Part shown: positions 25,158 through 37,866 of the stretch, in pieces
Layout of the letters: every line of letters begins with the position of its first letter
Position numbering within the stretch: the stretch's first letter is position 1
From: an uncultured Microthrixaceae bacterium
GTDB lineage: Bacteria > Actinomycetota > Acidimicrobiia > Acidimicrobiales > Acidimicrobilacustridaceae
Direction: 5' to 3'
Assembly: GCA_963809335.1 (NCBI GenBank)
Contig: CAWEJD010000003.1
Coordinates: 1,592-65,591 of the forward strand
Length of the DNA stretch: 64,000 bases
Notes under the pieces: model-generated
Seen by the model: the letters and a program-made list of their open reading frames with translations, nothing else
Told to the model about the DNA's origin: nothing
The model's database searches: none
Translations under genes and position numbers: made by a program

Positions 25158-26855
25158 ATGAGCGACGGCCCACACGACAACACCATGAAGCCTCGATCGT
25201 GGGAGGTGACCGACGGGTTCGAGCGAGCGCCGGCCCGGGCCATGCTGCGCGCCGTCGGCATGACCGACGACGACTGGGACAAGCCCCAGATCGGCGTCGC
25301 CTCGTCGTGGAACGAGGTCACGCCCTGCAACCTGCCGCTCGACCGCCTGGCCAAGCAGGCCAAGGAGGGTGTGCGGCGGGCCGGCGGCTTCCCGTTCGAG
25401 TTCAACACCATCGCGGTGAGCGACGGCATCTCGATGGGTCACGAGGGGATGCGGGCCTCGCTCGTGAGCCGGGAGATCATCGCCGACTCGGTCGAGACGG
25501 TGATGCACGCCGAGCGCTTCGACGGGCTCGTCGCCTTCGCCGGCTGCGACAAGTCCCTGCCCGGGCATGCTCATGGCCGCGGCCCGGCTCAACCTGCCAG
25601 CGGTGTTCCTCTACGGCGGATCGATCCTGCCGGGCCACCGCAACGGCGTGGCGCTCGACATCACCAGCGTGTTCGAGGCGGTCGGTGCGTGCGCGGCGGG
25701 CACGCTGACCGAGAACGAGCTCGGTGAGATCGAGATGCAGGCCTGCCCCACCGAGGGATCGTGCGCCGGCATGTTCACGGCCAACACCATGGCGTCGATC
25801 GGCGAGGCGCTCGGCATGTCCCTGCCCGGGTCGGCGTCGCCCCCGGCCGTCGACCGGCGCCGGGACGACTTCGCCCGAGCCAGCGGTCAGGCGGTGATCC
25901 GCCTGCTCGAGCTGGGCCTGCGGCCCCGTCAGATCATGACCAAGGAGGCCTTCGAGAACGCCATCGCGGTCACGATGGCCCTCGGTGGTTCCACCAACGC
26001 GGTGCTGCACCTCCTGGCCATCGCCAACGAGGCCCGGGTCGATCTGCAGCTCGACGACTTCAACCGGGTCGCGGCCCGGGTGCCCCACATCGCCGACACC
26101 AAGCCACATGGCCGCTACCACATGAGTCGACATCGATCGCATCGGGGGCATCCCGGTGGTGATGAAAGAGCTGCTCGACGCGGGCCTGATCCACGGCGAC
26201 TGCCTCACGGTGACCGGTCGCACGGTGGCCGAGAACCTGGCCGAGATCTCCCCGCCACCGCCGGACGGCGCGGTCGTGCACCGGCTGTCGGACCCGATCC
26301 ACGCGCTCGGCGGCATCGCGGTGCTCACCGGCTCGCTGGCGCCCAAGGGAGCGGTGGTCAAGATCGCCGGCATCGACTTCGACCGGTTCGAGGGCGTTGC
26401 CCGGGTGTTCGACGGCGAGGCGGCCGCCATGGAGGACATCCTCGCCGGCCGGATCAACGCCGGTGACGTCGTCGTCATCCGCTACGAGGGCCCCAAGGGC
26501 GGCCCGGGCATGCGCGAGATGCTGGCCGTCACCGGTGCGATGAAGGGCGTGGGACGTGGCGGCGACGCCGCGCTCATCACCGACGGCCGGTTCTCGGGCG
26601 GCACGCACGGGTTCTGCATCGGCCACGTCGCGCCTGAGGCGGTCGACGGGGGGCCGATCGCGTTCGTGGCCGAGGGCGATCGCATCGTGATCGACGTGGT
26701 CGCCCACACCATCGACCTGCTCGTCGATGAGGCCGAGCTCGAGCGCCGTCGAGGCGAGTGGAAGCTGCCCGAGCCCCGCTACACGACGGGCGTGCTGGCC
26801 AAGTACGCCGGCGTTGGCCCAGGGTGCCGAGCGGGGGGCCATCACCGAGGCCTGA
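25158..26855 (+). CDS. ilvD: dihydroxy-acid dehydratase; frameshifted as sequenced
   Basis: Motifs [22 protein letters not shown], and [21 protein letters not shown]. Frame switches near 25560, 26135 and 26815. Stop TGA at 26853-26855. Confidence 0.92.
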
Positions 26856-26871
26856 CCACGTCGGTGACGTC

Positions 26872-26913
26872 GCCCCTCGGCGCCGATTCGGTACCGAATC
26901 GGCGCTGAAGGGC
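26872..26913. repeat. palindromic repeat copy
   Basis: GCCCCTCGGCGCCGATTCGGTACCGAATCGGCGCTGAAGGGC, 17 nt after the ilvD stop. The inner 9-mers are in the flipped arrangement. Confidence 0.9.
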
Positions 26914-26979
26914 CGGCGGGTCCACGGGTGGGGGCTTTCGGGTTGCCGAACCTGGGCCGCGCATGGCACGCTGTCCCCC

Positions 26980-27018
26980 GTGAACCCCACTGTCTCGATT
27001 CTCGTGGTACTCACCTAG
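26980..27018 (+). CDS. putative ilvB leader peptide VNPTVSILVVLT (12 codons)
   Basis: GTG AAC CCC ACT GTC TCG ATT CTC GTG GTA CTC ACC TAG. Six of the 12 codons are Val/Ile/Leu, several of them A/T-ending codons that look rare here. It is followed directly by two hairpins and a T-tract, 170 nt upstream of ilvB. Confidence 0.6.
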   Translation: MNPTVSILVVLT

Positions 27019-27050
27019 CGCACGCCGTCTCTTCCCCTGCGTGCGCACCC

Positions 27051-27087
27051 TCGACCTCCCCAGCGGGAGGTCGATTGCGTTTTCGGG
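27051..27087 (+). terminator. intrinsic terminator of the ilvB attenuator
   Basis: TCGACCTCCC-CAGC-GGGAGGTCGA forms a 10-bp perfect stem, followed by TTGCGTTTTCGGG. An 8-bp hairpin GCGCACGC(N13)GCGTGCGC at 27018-27046 precedes it and starts in the leader stop codon. Confidence 0.6.
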
Positions 27088-27104
27088 ATCGGGTCCTGCC
27101 CGTC

Positions 27105-27152
27105 CACCGAATCGACACCGAATCGCCGCCGCACCGAATCCGCACCGAATCG
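27105..27152 (+). repeat. four direct CACCGAATC half-site repeats in the ilvB 5' UTR
   Basis: CACCGAATC occurs at 27105, 27116, 27132 and 27143. The motif equals the inner half-site of the palindromic repeat. Confidence 0.85.
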
Positions 27153-27189
27153 CCGCATCCGCAGAACCGCACCCCGTGAGGAACCCACG

Positions 27190-28931
27190 ATGAAACTCGA
27201 TGGTGGACAAGCCCTGATCAAGAGCCTGGAGATGGAGGGGGTCGAGACGATCTTCGGCCTGCCCGGCGGCGCCATCCTGCCGGTGTACGACCCGATCATC
27301 GATTCGCCGATCCGCCACATCCTCGTGCGCCACGAGCAGGGCGCCGGCCACATGGCCGAGGGCTACGCCCACGCCACCGGTCGTCCGGGTGTCGCCATGG
27401 TGACGAGCGGACCGGGCGCGACGAACATCGTCACGCCGCTCGCCGACGCCTACATGGACTCGGTGCCCATGGTGGTCATCACCGGGCAGGTCCCGACGTC
27501 GGCGCTCGGCACCGACGCCTTCCAGGAAGCGGACATCACCGGCATCACCATGGGGATCACCAAGCACAACTTCCTGGTCACCTCGGCCCAGGACATCCCT
27601 CGGGCGATCCGAGAGGCGTTCCACATCGCCACGACCGGCCGTCCCGGCCCGGTGCTGGTCGACATCCCGAAGGACATCGTCGACCCGCAGAACCCCAACT
27701 CGGCCATGGAGTGGTACTGGCCCGACTCGGTCGACCTGCCCGGCTACCACCCGGTCACCAAGGGCGATCCCGCGATGATCCGCAAGGCGGCCGAGCTGAT
27801 CCTGGCGTCGGAGCGACCGGTGATCTACGCCGGCGGCGGCATCCTGAAGGCCCGGGCGGCCGAGGCGCTGCGCGCGCTGGCCGAGCTGTGCGACATCCAC
27901 GTCGTCACGACGCTCATGGCCCGAGGGGCGTTCCCCGACGACCACCCGCTCTGCCTGGGGATGCCCGGCATGCACGGCAACTACACCGCGGTGACCTCGA
28001 TGCAGGAGGCCGACCTGCTGATCGCGCTCGGCAGCCGGTTCGACGACCGGGTCACCGGCAAGGTCGGCGACGTTCGCGCCCGAGGCCAAGATCATCCACG
28101 TCGACATCGACCCGGCCGAGCTGGGCAAGGTCCGCCGACCCGACGCCGGCATCGCCGGCGACTGCCGGCTCGTCATCGAGGAGCTGATCACGGCGATCCG
28201 TGACCTCGGCGGGCCGAACGCCCAACCCGACCGCTCGGCGTGGAAGTCGCCGCATCAGCGGTTGGCAGGAGCGGTTCCCGCTCACCTACGAGATGAGCGA
28301 GCCGGGCGAGCTGCTGAAGCCGCAGTACGTGCTCGAGACCCTGCGGGACAACACCCCCGACGACTGCATCGTGGCGTCGGGCGTCGGCCAGCACCAGATG
28401 TGGACGAGCCAGCACTGGAAGTTCAACCACCCCTACACGTGGGTGAACTCGGGCGGCCTCGGCACGATGGGCTTCTCGGTGCCGGCGGCCATCGGGGCCA
28501 AGGTCGGTCGTCCCGACCGGATGGTCTGGGCCATCGACGGCGACGGTTGCTTCCAGATGACGGCCCAGGAGCTGGTCACCGCGGCGAGCGAGCGGATCCC
28601 GGTCAAGATCGCCATCCTCAACAACGCCTACCTCGGCATGGTGCGCCAGTGGCAGGAGATGTTCTACGAGGAGCGCTACTCGGAGGTGTACCTCTCGCCC
28701 GATCTGCCGGACTACAAGATGTGGGCCGAGGCCATGGGCTGCATCGGCATGCGGGTCGAGTCGCCCGAGGAGGTCCTGCCCGCCATCGAGAAGGCGAACG
28801 AGATCGACGACCGGCCGGTCGTCATCGACTTCCGCACCGATGCCCGGGAGAAGGTGTACCCGATGGTCCCGTCCGGGAAGTCGAACAGCGAGATCGTCGT
28901 CGATCCGTCCCAGGGCGAGGGAGGTCGATGA
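27190..28931 (+). CDS. ilvB: acetolactate synthase large subunit; frameshifted as sequenced
   Basis: [34 protein letters not shown] and the ThDP motif [16 protein letters not shown]...IDGDGCFQM. Frame switches near 28070 and 28255. RBS GAGGA at 27177-27181. Confidence 0.93.
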
Positions 28932-29467
28932 CCGTGGCGACCTCCAAGCACCACATCCTCACCGTGCTGGTCGAGAACAAGCCCGGCGTGCTCACCCGGG
29001 TGGCCGGTCTGTTCGCCCGACGCGGCTTCAACATCGTCTCGCTGGCGGTGGCGCCGACCGACGACGAGCGGTTCAGCCGCATCACGGTCGTCGTCGACGT
29101 GGAGTCGGCGCCGCTCGAGCAGGTGGTCAAGCAGCTCGACAAGCTGGTCAACGTGGTGAAGATCACCGAGCTGGCCCCCGGCGATTCGGTGCAGCGCGAG
29201 CTGCTGCTGGCGACGGTGGCGGCGACGCCGGAGATCCGGGGGCAGATCATCGAGTTGGTCGGCGTGTTCGAGGGTCGTATTCTCGGCGTCGGCCCGGACG
29301 AGCTGACCATCTCCCTCGATGGATCGCCGGAGAAGGTGAACGACTTCGAGCAGATGATCAGGCCCTACGGCATCGTGGCGCTGCAGCGCACCGGGCGGGT
29401 CGCGCTGCCCAAGCTCGGCCGACGTCAGGCTCCGCAGTTGCGCGGTGTCGACGCCGAGGCTTCTTGA
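28928..29467 (+). CDS. ilvN: acetolactate synthase small (regulatory) subunit
   Basis: Intact ORF. The ATG overlaps the ilvB stop (ATGA). ACT-domain sequence [28 protein letters not shown]. Confidence 0.92.
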   Translation: MTVATSKHHILTVLVENKPGVLTRVAGLFARRGFNIVSLAVAPTDDERFSRITVVVDVESAPLEQVVKQLDKLVNVVKITELAPGDSVQRELLLATVAATPEIRGQIIELVGVFEGRILGVGPDELTISLDGSPEKVNDFEQMIRPYGIVALQRTGRVALPKLGRRQAPQLRGVDAEAS

Positions 29468-30613
<1,146 letters not shown>

Positions 30614-30663
30614 CGGCTCGGCCCTCCACGGCATGAATTCCGACTAGACGGGTCAACTTTTAA

Positions 30664-30676
30664 CGACCTAAGGTCG
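30664..30676. promoter_or_regulatory. palindrome overlapping the putative metY -10 box
   Basis: CGACCT-A-AGGTCG contains TAAGGT (30669-30674). TAGACG lies 18 nt upstream (30645-30650). The element sits in the AT-richer spacer between ilvC and metY. Confidence 0.4.
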
Positions 30677-30715
30677 CTTCGCGCACTGATCGCCACCGCC
30701 GCGGAGGAGCTAGCC

Positions 30716-32032
30716 ATGCCCGAGAACGACTGGGGATTCGAAACCCGTCAGATCCACGCCGGACAGGAGCCGGACTCGAGCACCAACGCCCGGGCCGTTC
30801 CCATCTACCAGACGACCTCGTACACGTTCCGCGACACCTCCCATGCCGCCAACCTGTTCGCGCTCGGCGAGATCGGCAACATCTACACCCGAATCATGAA
30901 CCCGACCCAGGGTGTGTTCGAGGCTCGGATCGCCAGCCTGGAAGGCGCGACCCAGACGGCGGTGGGACTGCCCGGTGCCCTGGCCACGGCCAGCGGCCAG
31001 TCGGCGGAGACGCTGGCGATCCTCAACCTGGCCGAGGCGGGCAGCCACATCGTGGCATCCGCTGCGCTCTACGGCGGCACCTACAACCTCTTGCACTACA
31101 CGCTGCCCAAGATCGGTATCGAGACGACCTTCATCACCGATCCCGACAACCTCGACGAGTGGAGGGCGGCCGTTCGGCCCAACACCAAGGCCTTCTACGG
31201 CGAGACCATCGGCAACCCCCGCAACGACGTGCTCGACATCGAGGGCGTGTCGGCCGTGGCTCACGAGAACGGCGTGCCGCTTATCGTCGACAACACGGTG
31301 GCGTCGCCTTACCTGATGCGGCCGCTCGAGTGGGGAGCCGACATCGTCGTGCACTCGGCCACCAAGTTCATCGGTGGGCACGGCACGTCGATCGGCGGGA
31401 TCATCGTCGACGGCGGCTCGTTCGACTTCAGCGCCGGCGACAAGTTCCCGCAGTTCACCGAACCCGATCCCAGCTACCACGGTCTCGCCTATTGGCCGGC
31501 CCTCGGACCGGGCTCGTACATCATCAAGGCTCGGGTGCAACTGCTGCGTGACATCGGTGCAGCGATCACGCCGTTCAACTCGTTCCTGTTCCTGCAGGGG
31601 CTCGAGACGCTCAGCCTCCGGATGGAGCGCCACATCGCCAACGCCCGCGTGGTGGCGGCGTTCCTCGAGGCGCACGATCAGGTGGAACGGGTGCAGTACG
31701 CCGGGCTTCCGGGCTCGCCCTGGTTCGATCGGGCCGAGCGCTACAGCGGCGGGCGGGGAGCGGGATCGGTGCCGGCGTTCATCATCGAGGGCGGCCGAGA
31801 CGCCGGCCAGCGCTTCGTCGAGGGACTCCAGTTGCACAGCCACGTTGCCAACATCGGCGATGTCCGCAGCCTGGTGATCCACCCGGCATCGACCACCCAC
31901 TCCCAGCTGAGCGACGAGGAGCAGATGACCACGGGCGTCGAGCCCGGTTTGGTGCGGCTCTCGGTCGGGCTGGAGTCGATCGATGACATCATCGCCGATC
32001 TCGAGGCAGGGTTCCGAGCCGCCAAGGGTTGA
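30716..32032 (+). CDS. metY: O-acetylhomoserine sulfhydrylase (PLP-dependent)
   Basis: Intact 438-aa ORF with RBS GGAGGAG. The PLP-lysine region is HSATKFIGGHGTSIGG, typical of the Cys/Met-metabolism PLP family. Confidence 0.9.
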   Translation: MPENDWGFETRQIHAGQEPDSSTNARAVPIYQTTSYTFRDTSHAANLFALGEIGNIYTRIMNPTQGVFEARIASLEGATQTAVGLPGALATASGQSAETLAILNLAEAGSHIVASAALYGGTYNLLHYTLPKIGIETTFITDPDNLDEWRAAVRPNTKAFYGETIGNPRNDVLDIEGVSAVAHENGVPLIVDNTVASPYLMRPLEWGADIVVHSATKFIGGHGTSIGGIIVDGGSFDFSAGDKFPQFTEPDPSYHGLAYWPALGPGSYIIKARVQLLRDIGAAITPFNSFLFLQGLETLSLRMERHIANARVVAAFLEAHDQVERVQYAGLPGSPWFDRAERYSGGRGAGSVPAFIIEGGRDAGQRFVEGLQLHSHVANIGDVRSLVIHPASTTHSQLSDEEQMTTGVEPGLVRLSVGLESIDDIIADLEAGFRAAKG

Positions 32033-32069
32033 CGAGCTGGCCGGTGCAGGCCACCACCGCTGAGGATCC

Positions 32070-32731
32070 TCACGCTCGACGGGGTCGACGGTCGCATCGC
32101 GGCTGAGGTCGGCCTCGATCTCCTCGGTGGACGGAGCAGGGTCGCGCCATGGTCCGATGTTGGCGGGATCGCCGAAGCGGCCGCGGCGCGGACGGAAGCC
32201 CGGGTCGGCCTCGTAGACGCCGCGCTCGACGCGCCGCGCCCGTCCCTTGGTGATCTCGTAGCGCATGGCGTCGGCGAGAGCCTTGACCGGTGAGGCCGAA
32301 TCGATGCCGTAGCCGTAGAGGTGCAGCAGCGAGTGCAACTCGGTGAGCGGCTGCGCACCATGGCGGCGGAGGATGGCGACGCACGACGAGCGGAGCGCTC
32401 GGCCACCGAGGTAGTGGTGGTCCGCGGGGAGGGGGCGGAGGGGTGGTTGGCCGTGCACGGTCGGTCGCCGACCGTGGTAGTGGGGCACCACAGGCCACAG
32501 TTCGTCGCGCAGGTCCTCGAGCTCGTCGACGATCTCCACTCGTGCGGCGTGCAGCTCGAGGAGGGCCTGGTCCTGCACGCGAAGTCGTTCGAGCAGGTGG
32601 AGGCGACGCTCGTGGAGACGTTCGAAGCCGATGCCGGAGAGCCCGGAGGCGAGGCGGTTGAGCAGGAGACCGTCCTGGGGGCGGGGAATCGCCCGGTCAT
32701 ACGGCAGCGATCGGTGTTCGGTGCGGGCCAC
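32070..32731 (-). CDS. hypothetical protein with coiled-coil N-terminus and possible winged-helix C-terminus; 3' end unresolved
   Basis: Start is GTG 32731, 9 nt after GAGGGA. Third positions are G/C-rich. The frame has no stop until 30710, antisense through metY, so the true end is unknown. 32070 is the nearest stop, in an adjacent frame. Confidence 0.4.
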
Positions 32732-32895
32732 GGATGCAGCTCCCTCGTGGTGCGAGTGCTGGAGGGCGCCGTCGTGGCTGCCGAGCGTCGGGTCAAGTCT
32801 GCTCGGGGGGTGTGACAGTGAAGGCCCACGGTCCGGTCGATTCGATCGGTCGAAGGCCGGCTGCCTGAGGGGCTCCAACCACTGACGATGTTGCT

Positions 32896-32937
32896 GCCCT
32901 TCAGCACCGAATCGGTACCGAATCGGCGCTGAAGGGC
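32896..32937. repeat. palindromic repeat copy
   Basis: GCCCTTCAGCACCGAATCGGTACCGAATCGGCGCTGAAGGGC. The 10-bp outer arms are perfect and the inner 9-mers are direct. Confidence 0.9.
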
Positions 32938-32990
32938 GACCGGAAACGTGGGTGGACGGTCGGTTGAGGGACGGCCCGACGATCCAGCCG

Positions 32991-34727
32991 TCAGCTCTGG
33001 GGAGCGGCCGGGGGGTGGACCTCGTAGAGGAACACGGCGAGCGGCTCGGATCCGCGAGCCCCGGCCGGACGCCGCCGACCGTGTTCCCGCTGAAGCGGAA
33101 CGGCCAGGACTTGACCACCGTCGCCGCGTCGGCAGTCTCTCCACCCCACAGCCCCCGAATGAACGCGTCGATCTCCGGATCCCGGTCGTCGACGGGTGAC
33201 CCGTGGTTCACGATGCCGGTGAGCCCACGGTCGGCGAGGAACGCTCCCACCGTCCCGTCGTGGCCGGCGTCGTAGTACGCCACCGAGTTGGCGACCCCGT
33301 CGAGATTGATGACCGGGCGTCGCGCGTAGTAGCCCACGACCCCCGCGTCCCACGATGCCAGGACGGCGTCATCGGGCAGGTTCGCGTCGATCCACTCTCC
33401 GGCCGCACGGTTGGCCTTCTCGATCGATCGGAGATCGGGATCGGCGAACGCCTTCGACTGGATCACGAGTGCGACCAGCAACGGGGCGAAGAGGATCGCC
33501 ACGACAGGCGCCAGCGACCGCACCGTCGACCCGTTCGCCGGGGCCTCCAAAGCCGCAGCCTCGACGAAGTCAGCCACTCCCAGCACGACCAGGAACAGTG
33601 CGTACAGCGCGATCGGGCAGTAGTACCAGAGCCACTGCTGGGTCTGGAGCACCTGGTAGTAGGCAACCAGCACGACGCAGAAGCCGGCGAACCACGCGGT
33701 CGCGGCGGCGAAGGCACCTGAGCGGCGGAACCGACCACGACGGGGCACTCCCCGACGGCACCGCGTCCACCCGAGCCGGCCCACGCCCAGGGCGAGGCCC
33801 ACGACCACGGCCATCGTGATCGCTCGGCCCGGCGTGAACGTCGCCCGCTTCACCATCCCGCTGATCTGCAGCGTGATCCCGAACATCACCCGGTTCGAGA
33901 GCAGGTAGACCGCCAGGGTCAGCGCAGGCAGTGCGAAGAGCTCGAGCATCGGACGCACGGCTCGGCGTCCGAGCGGTCGAACTTCGGTCAGCACCCACAG
34001 CCCCAGCGCGCCGACCAGGAGCACCGAATCGGTGCGGCCGAGGATGATCAGCGAGAGCAGGACCGACGTCGCGAGCCGGGTTCCGCTCGAGCCCTCGGTC
34101 AGCCATCGCCCGCGCCGTCGTGCCGCCAGCCACAACAAGGCGGCATCGAGCACCACGAGCACCCCGGACTCGAGACCGTTGGCGAAGATCTTGACGAAGA
34201 AGGGGTTGCCGCCCACGAGCACCAATGCACTTGCCACCAAGCGCCGTGCACCACCGAGCCGCACCGCCGTCCGAGCCGTCGCCCGAACCGTCATCGTCTC
34301 CACCTCCTCGGGCCCGCAGTCGTTGCCAACCCCCGATCGCTCGTCCGGCGGTCAGCGCCACCAGCACGAGCGCGCCGCCGTAGCAGAGCACCTGCACGGC
34401 GAGCAGCACCCGCACCGCCCCGGTTCCGTCCAGACCGGCCCAGAAGACCGGCACCGCGACGAGCATCCACAGCGGGTGGTAGCCGTTCGTCGGGTCGATG
34501 CCGTCGAAGGTCGAGCCATGGCCATGGGCCACGTTGCGGGCGATGCCGAAGTAGTAGAACGCGTCGTCGAAGGTCAGCGCGAACGGCGCATCGCGCCAGA
34601 CCAGCACGATCGCCAGCCACACGGCGGTGACACCGAGAGCGCACATCACCAGGACCCGGGTCGGGCCGCCGGCAGCTCCGCGACCGTTGCGAGCGCTCGT
34701 GGAGGTGATCTGTTGCTCGGCCGTCAT
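32991..34727 (-). CDS. polytopic membrane protein, GT-C (ArnT/PMT-like) glycosyltransferase fold suspected; frameshifted as sequenced
   Basis: The N-terminus (FDDAFYYFGIARNVAHGHGSTFDGIDPTNGYHPLW) resembles GT-C glycosyltransferases. About 10 or more TM segments are followed by a soluble C-terminal domain. Frame switches near 34300 and 33060. Stop at 32991-32993. Confidence 0.55.
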
Positions 34728-34734
34728 GCTCGGG

Positions 34735-36451
34735 TCACATCGTCTCCGCGAAGCTCACCTCGCCCTCGCCGCGAAGCACGTTCTTCAACAGCTTGCCCGA
34801 CGCGTTGCGGGGGAGCTTGTCATGGGTCAGTTCCACGTAGGCCGGAACCTTGAAGTTGGCCAGGGCTTCGGCGACCCACGCTCGGACATCGGCCTCGGTC
34901 AGTCCTGAACCATCGACCAGTTGCACGACGGCCTTGACCTCCTCGCCCAACTCGAGGTGGGGCACGCCGATCACGGCCGCATCGGCGATCTCGGGATGCT
35001 CGACCAGGCGCTGCTCGATCTCGACGCAGTAGATGTTCTCCCCGCCCCGGATGATCATGTCCTTGGCCCGGTCAGTGATGTAGAGGTAACCGTCCTCGTC
35101 GACCCGGCCGATGTCACCGGTGTGCAGCCAGCCGTCGATCACCGTCTCGGCGGTGGCCTCCGGCTTCCCCCAGTACCCCGGCATGATGATCGGCCCCCGG
35201 ATGAGCACCTCGCCGGTCGCTCCCTGGGCCACCTCGGCCCCCGACGCGTCGGCGATGCGGATCTCGACGACCGGCACCGGCGGACCCACCGACGTCGGCT
35301 TCTCGAGGGCATCGCGCCCGCTGATCACCGTGGCGACCGAGCTCGACTCGGTCAGCCCGTACGCGTTGCTCGTGCTCGTCACGTTCGGGAACGTCTCCCG
35401 GACCATCCGCTGCATCTCGTCAGCCGAGGGCGACCCGCCGAATGCCACCGAGGTGACGCTCGACGTGTCGTAGGCATGGCGGTCGGGGAACTCGCACACC
35501 CGCCACACCATCGTCGGCACGGTCGCCCAGATGGTCACCTTCTCGTCCTCGATGAGCCTGAGCGCCTTGTCCGGCTCGAAGCGCCCGGCGGGGATCACCA
35601 GCTTCAACCCTCCGAGCGTGCCGACCACCAGGCTCGAGTGGCAGCCCGACACGTGGAACAACGGCGAGGTCAGCAGCGCGGTCGTCTGGCCGGCATCGGG
35701 AGCGGCGGCCGTGTCCGGCGCCATCATCCCGATCGCCACCGTGTTGAAGATCGTGTTCTGCAGGTTGGCGATCATGTTCCGGTGCGACGAGATCGCGCCC
35801 TTGGGCCGGCCCGTCGTCCCGCTCGTGTAGAAGATGACGGCGTAGTCGGCCTCGTCGATCGCCACGTCGGGGAACACCGGGCGTCGGCGCCGTGGTGAGC
35901 TCGTCGAATCGGTGGAGGCGAGGGTCGCTGCCGAACTCGGACGGGTCGGCGTCGATGAGGAACACCACCTCGAGGTCCGGGAGCTGGTCGAGCGCGTCGG
36001 CGATGCGCTCGAAACGACCCCGATCGACCACGAGCACCCGCGCCCCGCTGTCCTGCAGCCCGTAGATGATCTCGTCGGTCTTCCACCATCCGTTGAGGCC
36101 GACGAGGATCGCTCCCAGGTCGACGGTGCCCCAGAAGCTCAGGCACCATTCGGGATTGTTGGCCGACAGCACCGCGACCCGGTCGCCGTGACCGACGCCG
36201 AACCGGTCGCGCATCGTGGCCGAGACCGAGTTGGCCAGCTGGAAGAACTCCGAGAAGCCGATGCGACGGTCTCCGTAGACGATGAACGGTTGCTCGTCGC
36301 CCCGTAGGGCCGCGATCTCGCCGACCGAGCGGAGATGGGGCAGCCGGTCCTTGTAGACGCGCAGCTCGTGGCCGTCGATCATCTCCGTCGTGACCTCGAA
36401 CGCCCCGCCGGGTCCGATCAGGCTCGCCCGAACTTCGGCCAGTGTCGTCAT
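34735..36451 (-). CDS. acyl-CoA synthetase / AMP-dependent ligase; one frameshift as sequenced
   Basis: AMP-binding motif YTSGTTGRPKG, plus GYWGKPEAT, TGDIG and a C-terminal PRNASGKLLK. Start is ATG 36451 after GGGGGAAG. Frame switch near 35880. Confidence 0.85.
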
Positions 36452-36579
36452 GCTTCCCCCTGTAGACCAACTCGTCTGGACCAGCTCGTCGAGCCGCCCA
36501 TCTGGTGTGGCCCAGGGGCAGTCTGCCCGATGGAGCCGGCCGACCGCTCCGCCTGGAGCAGCCGTTGTCCGGAGGGCGA

Positions 36580-37715
<1,136 letters not shown>

Positions 37716-37760
37716 CGCTGCAACTATCGCGGCCGAGCCCACTCGTGACGAAATCGGTTC

Positions 37761-37800
37761 CCCTTCGGCACCGAATCGGTATCGATTCGGTGCCGAAGGG
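37761..37800. repeat. palindromic repeat copy in the serC/aspC divergent region
   Basis: CCCTTCGGCACCGAATCGGTATCGATTCGGTGCCGAAGGG. Confidence 0.92.
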
Positions 37801-37866
37801 CTCCGCCACGCCGGTGGCGGGGCGCTAGCGTCGGCTCGCCACCCCCGACCCCGGAGCATCCACCGC

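Noticed and set aside
30614-30715. A SAM riboswitch (S-box or SAM-IV) upstream of metY
   Set aside because: The whole spacer is about 100 nt and the predicted 5' UTR about 35 nt. I could not find the multi-helix junction such riboswitches need.
30710-34303. A 1197-aa ORF on the minus strand, the longest in the track
   Set aside because: It is a composite. Its 3' third is antisense to the intact, clearly recognisable metY. The middle is the hypothetical gene starting at 32731. The 5' part belongs to the GT-C-like membrane gene, and the ORF reads straight through a repeat copy (…[11 protein letters not shown]…). Stop-poor antisense frames are expected at this GC content.
36463-36478. TAGAC-N6-GTCTG upstream of the acyl-CoA ligase gene, resembling the corynebacterial McbR box TAGAC-N6-GTCTA
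   Set aside because: It is an imperfect palindrome with only 4 bp of true symmetry. The downstream gene is not a sulfur-metabolism gene. The metY upstream region does not carry the motif, and McbR is not known outside the corynebacteria.
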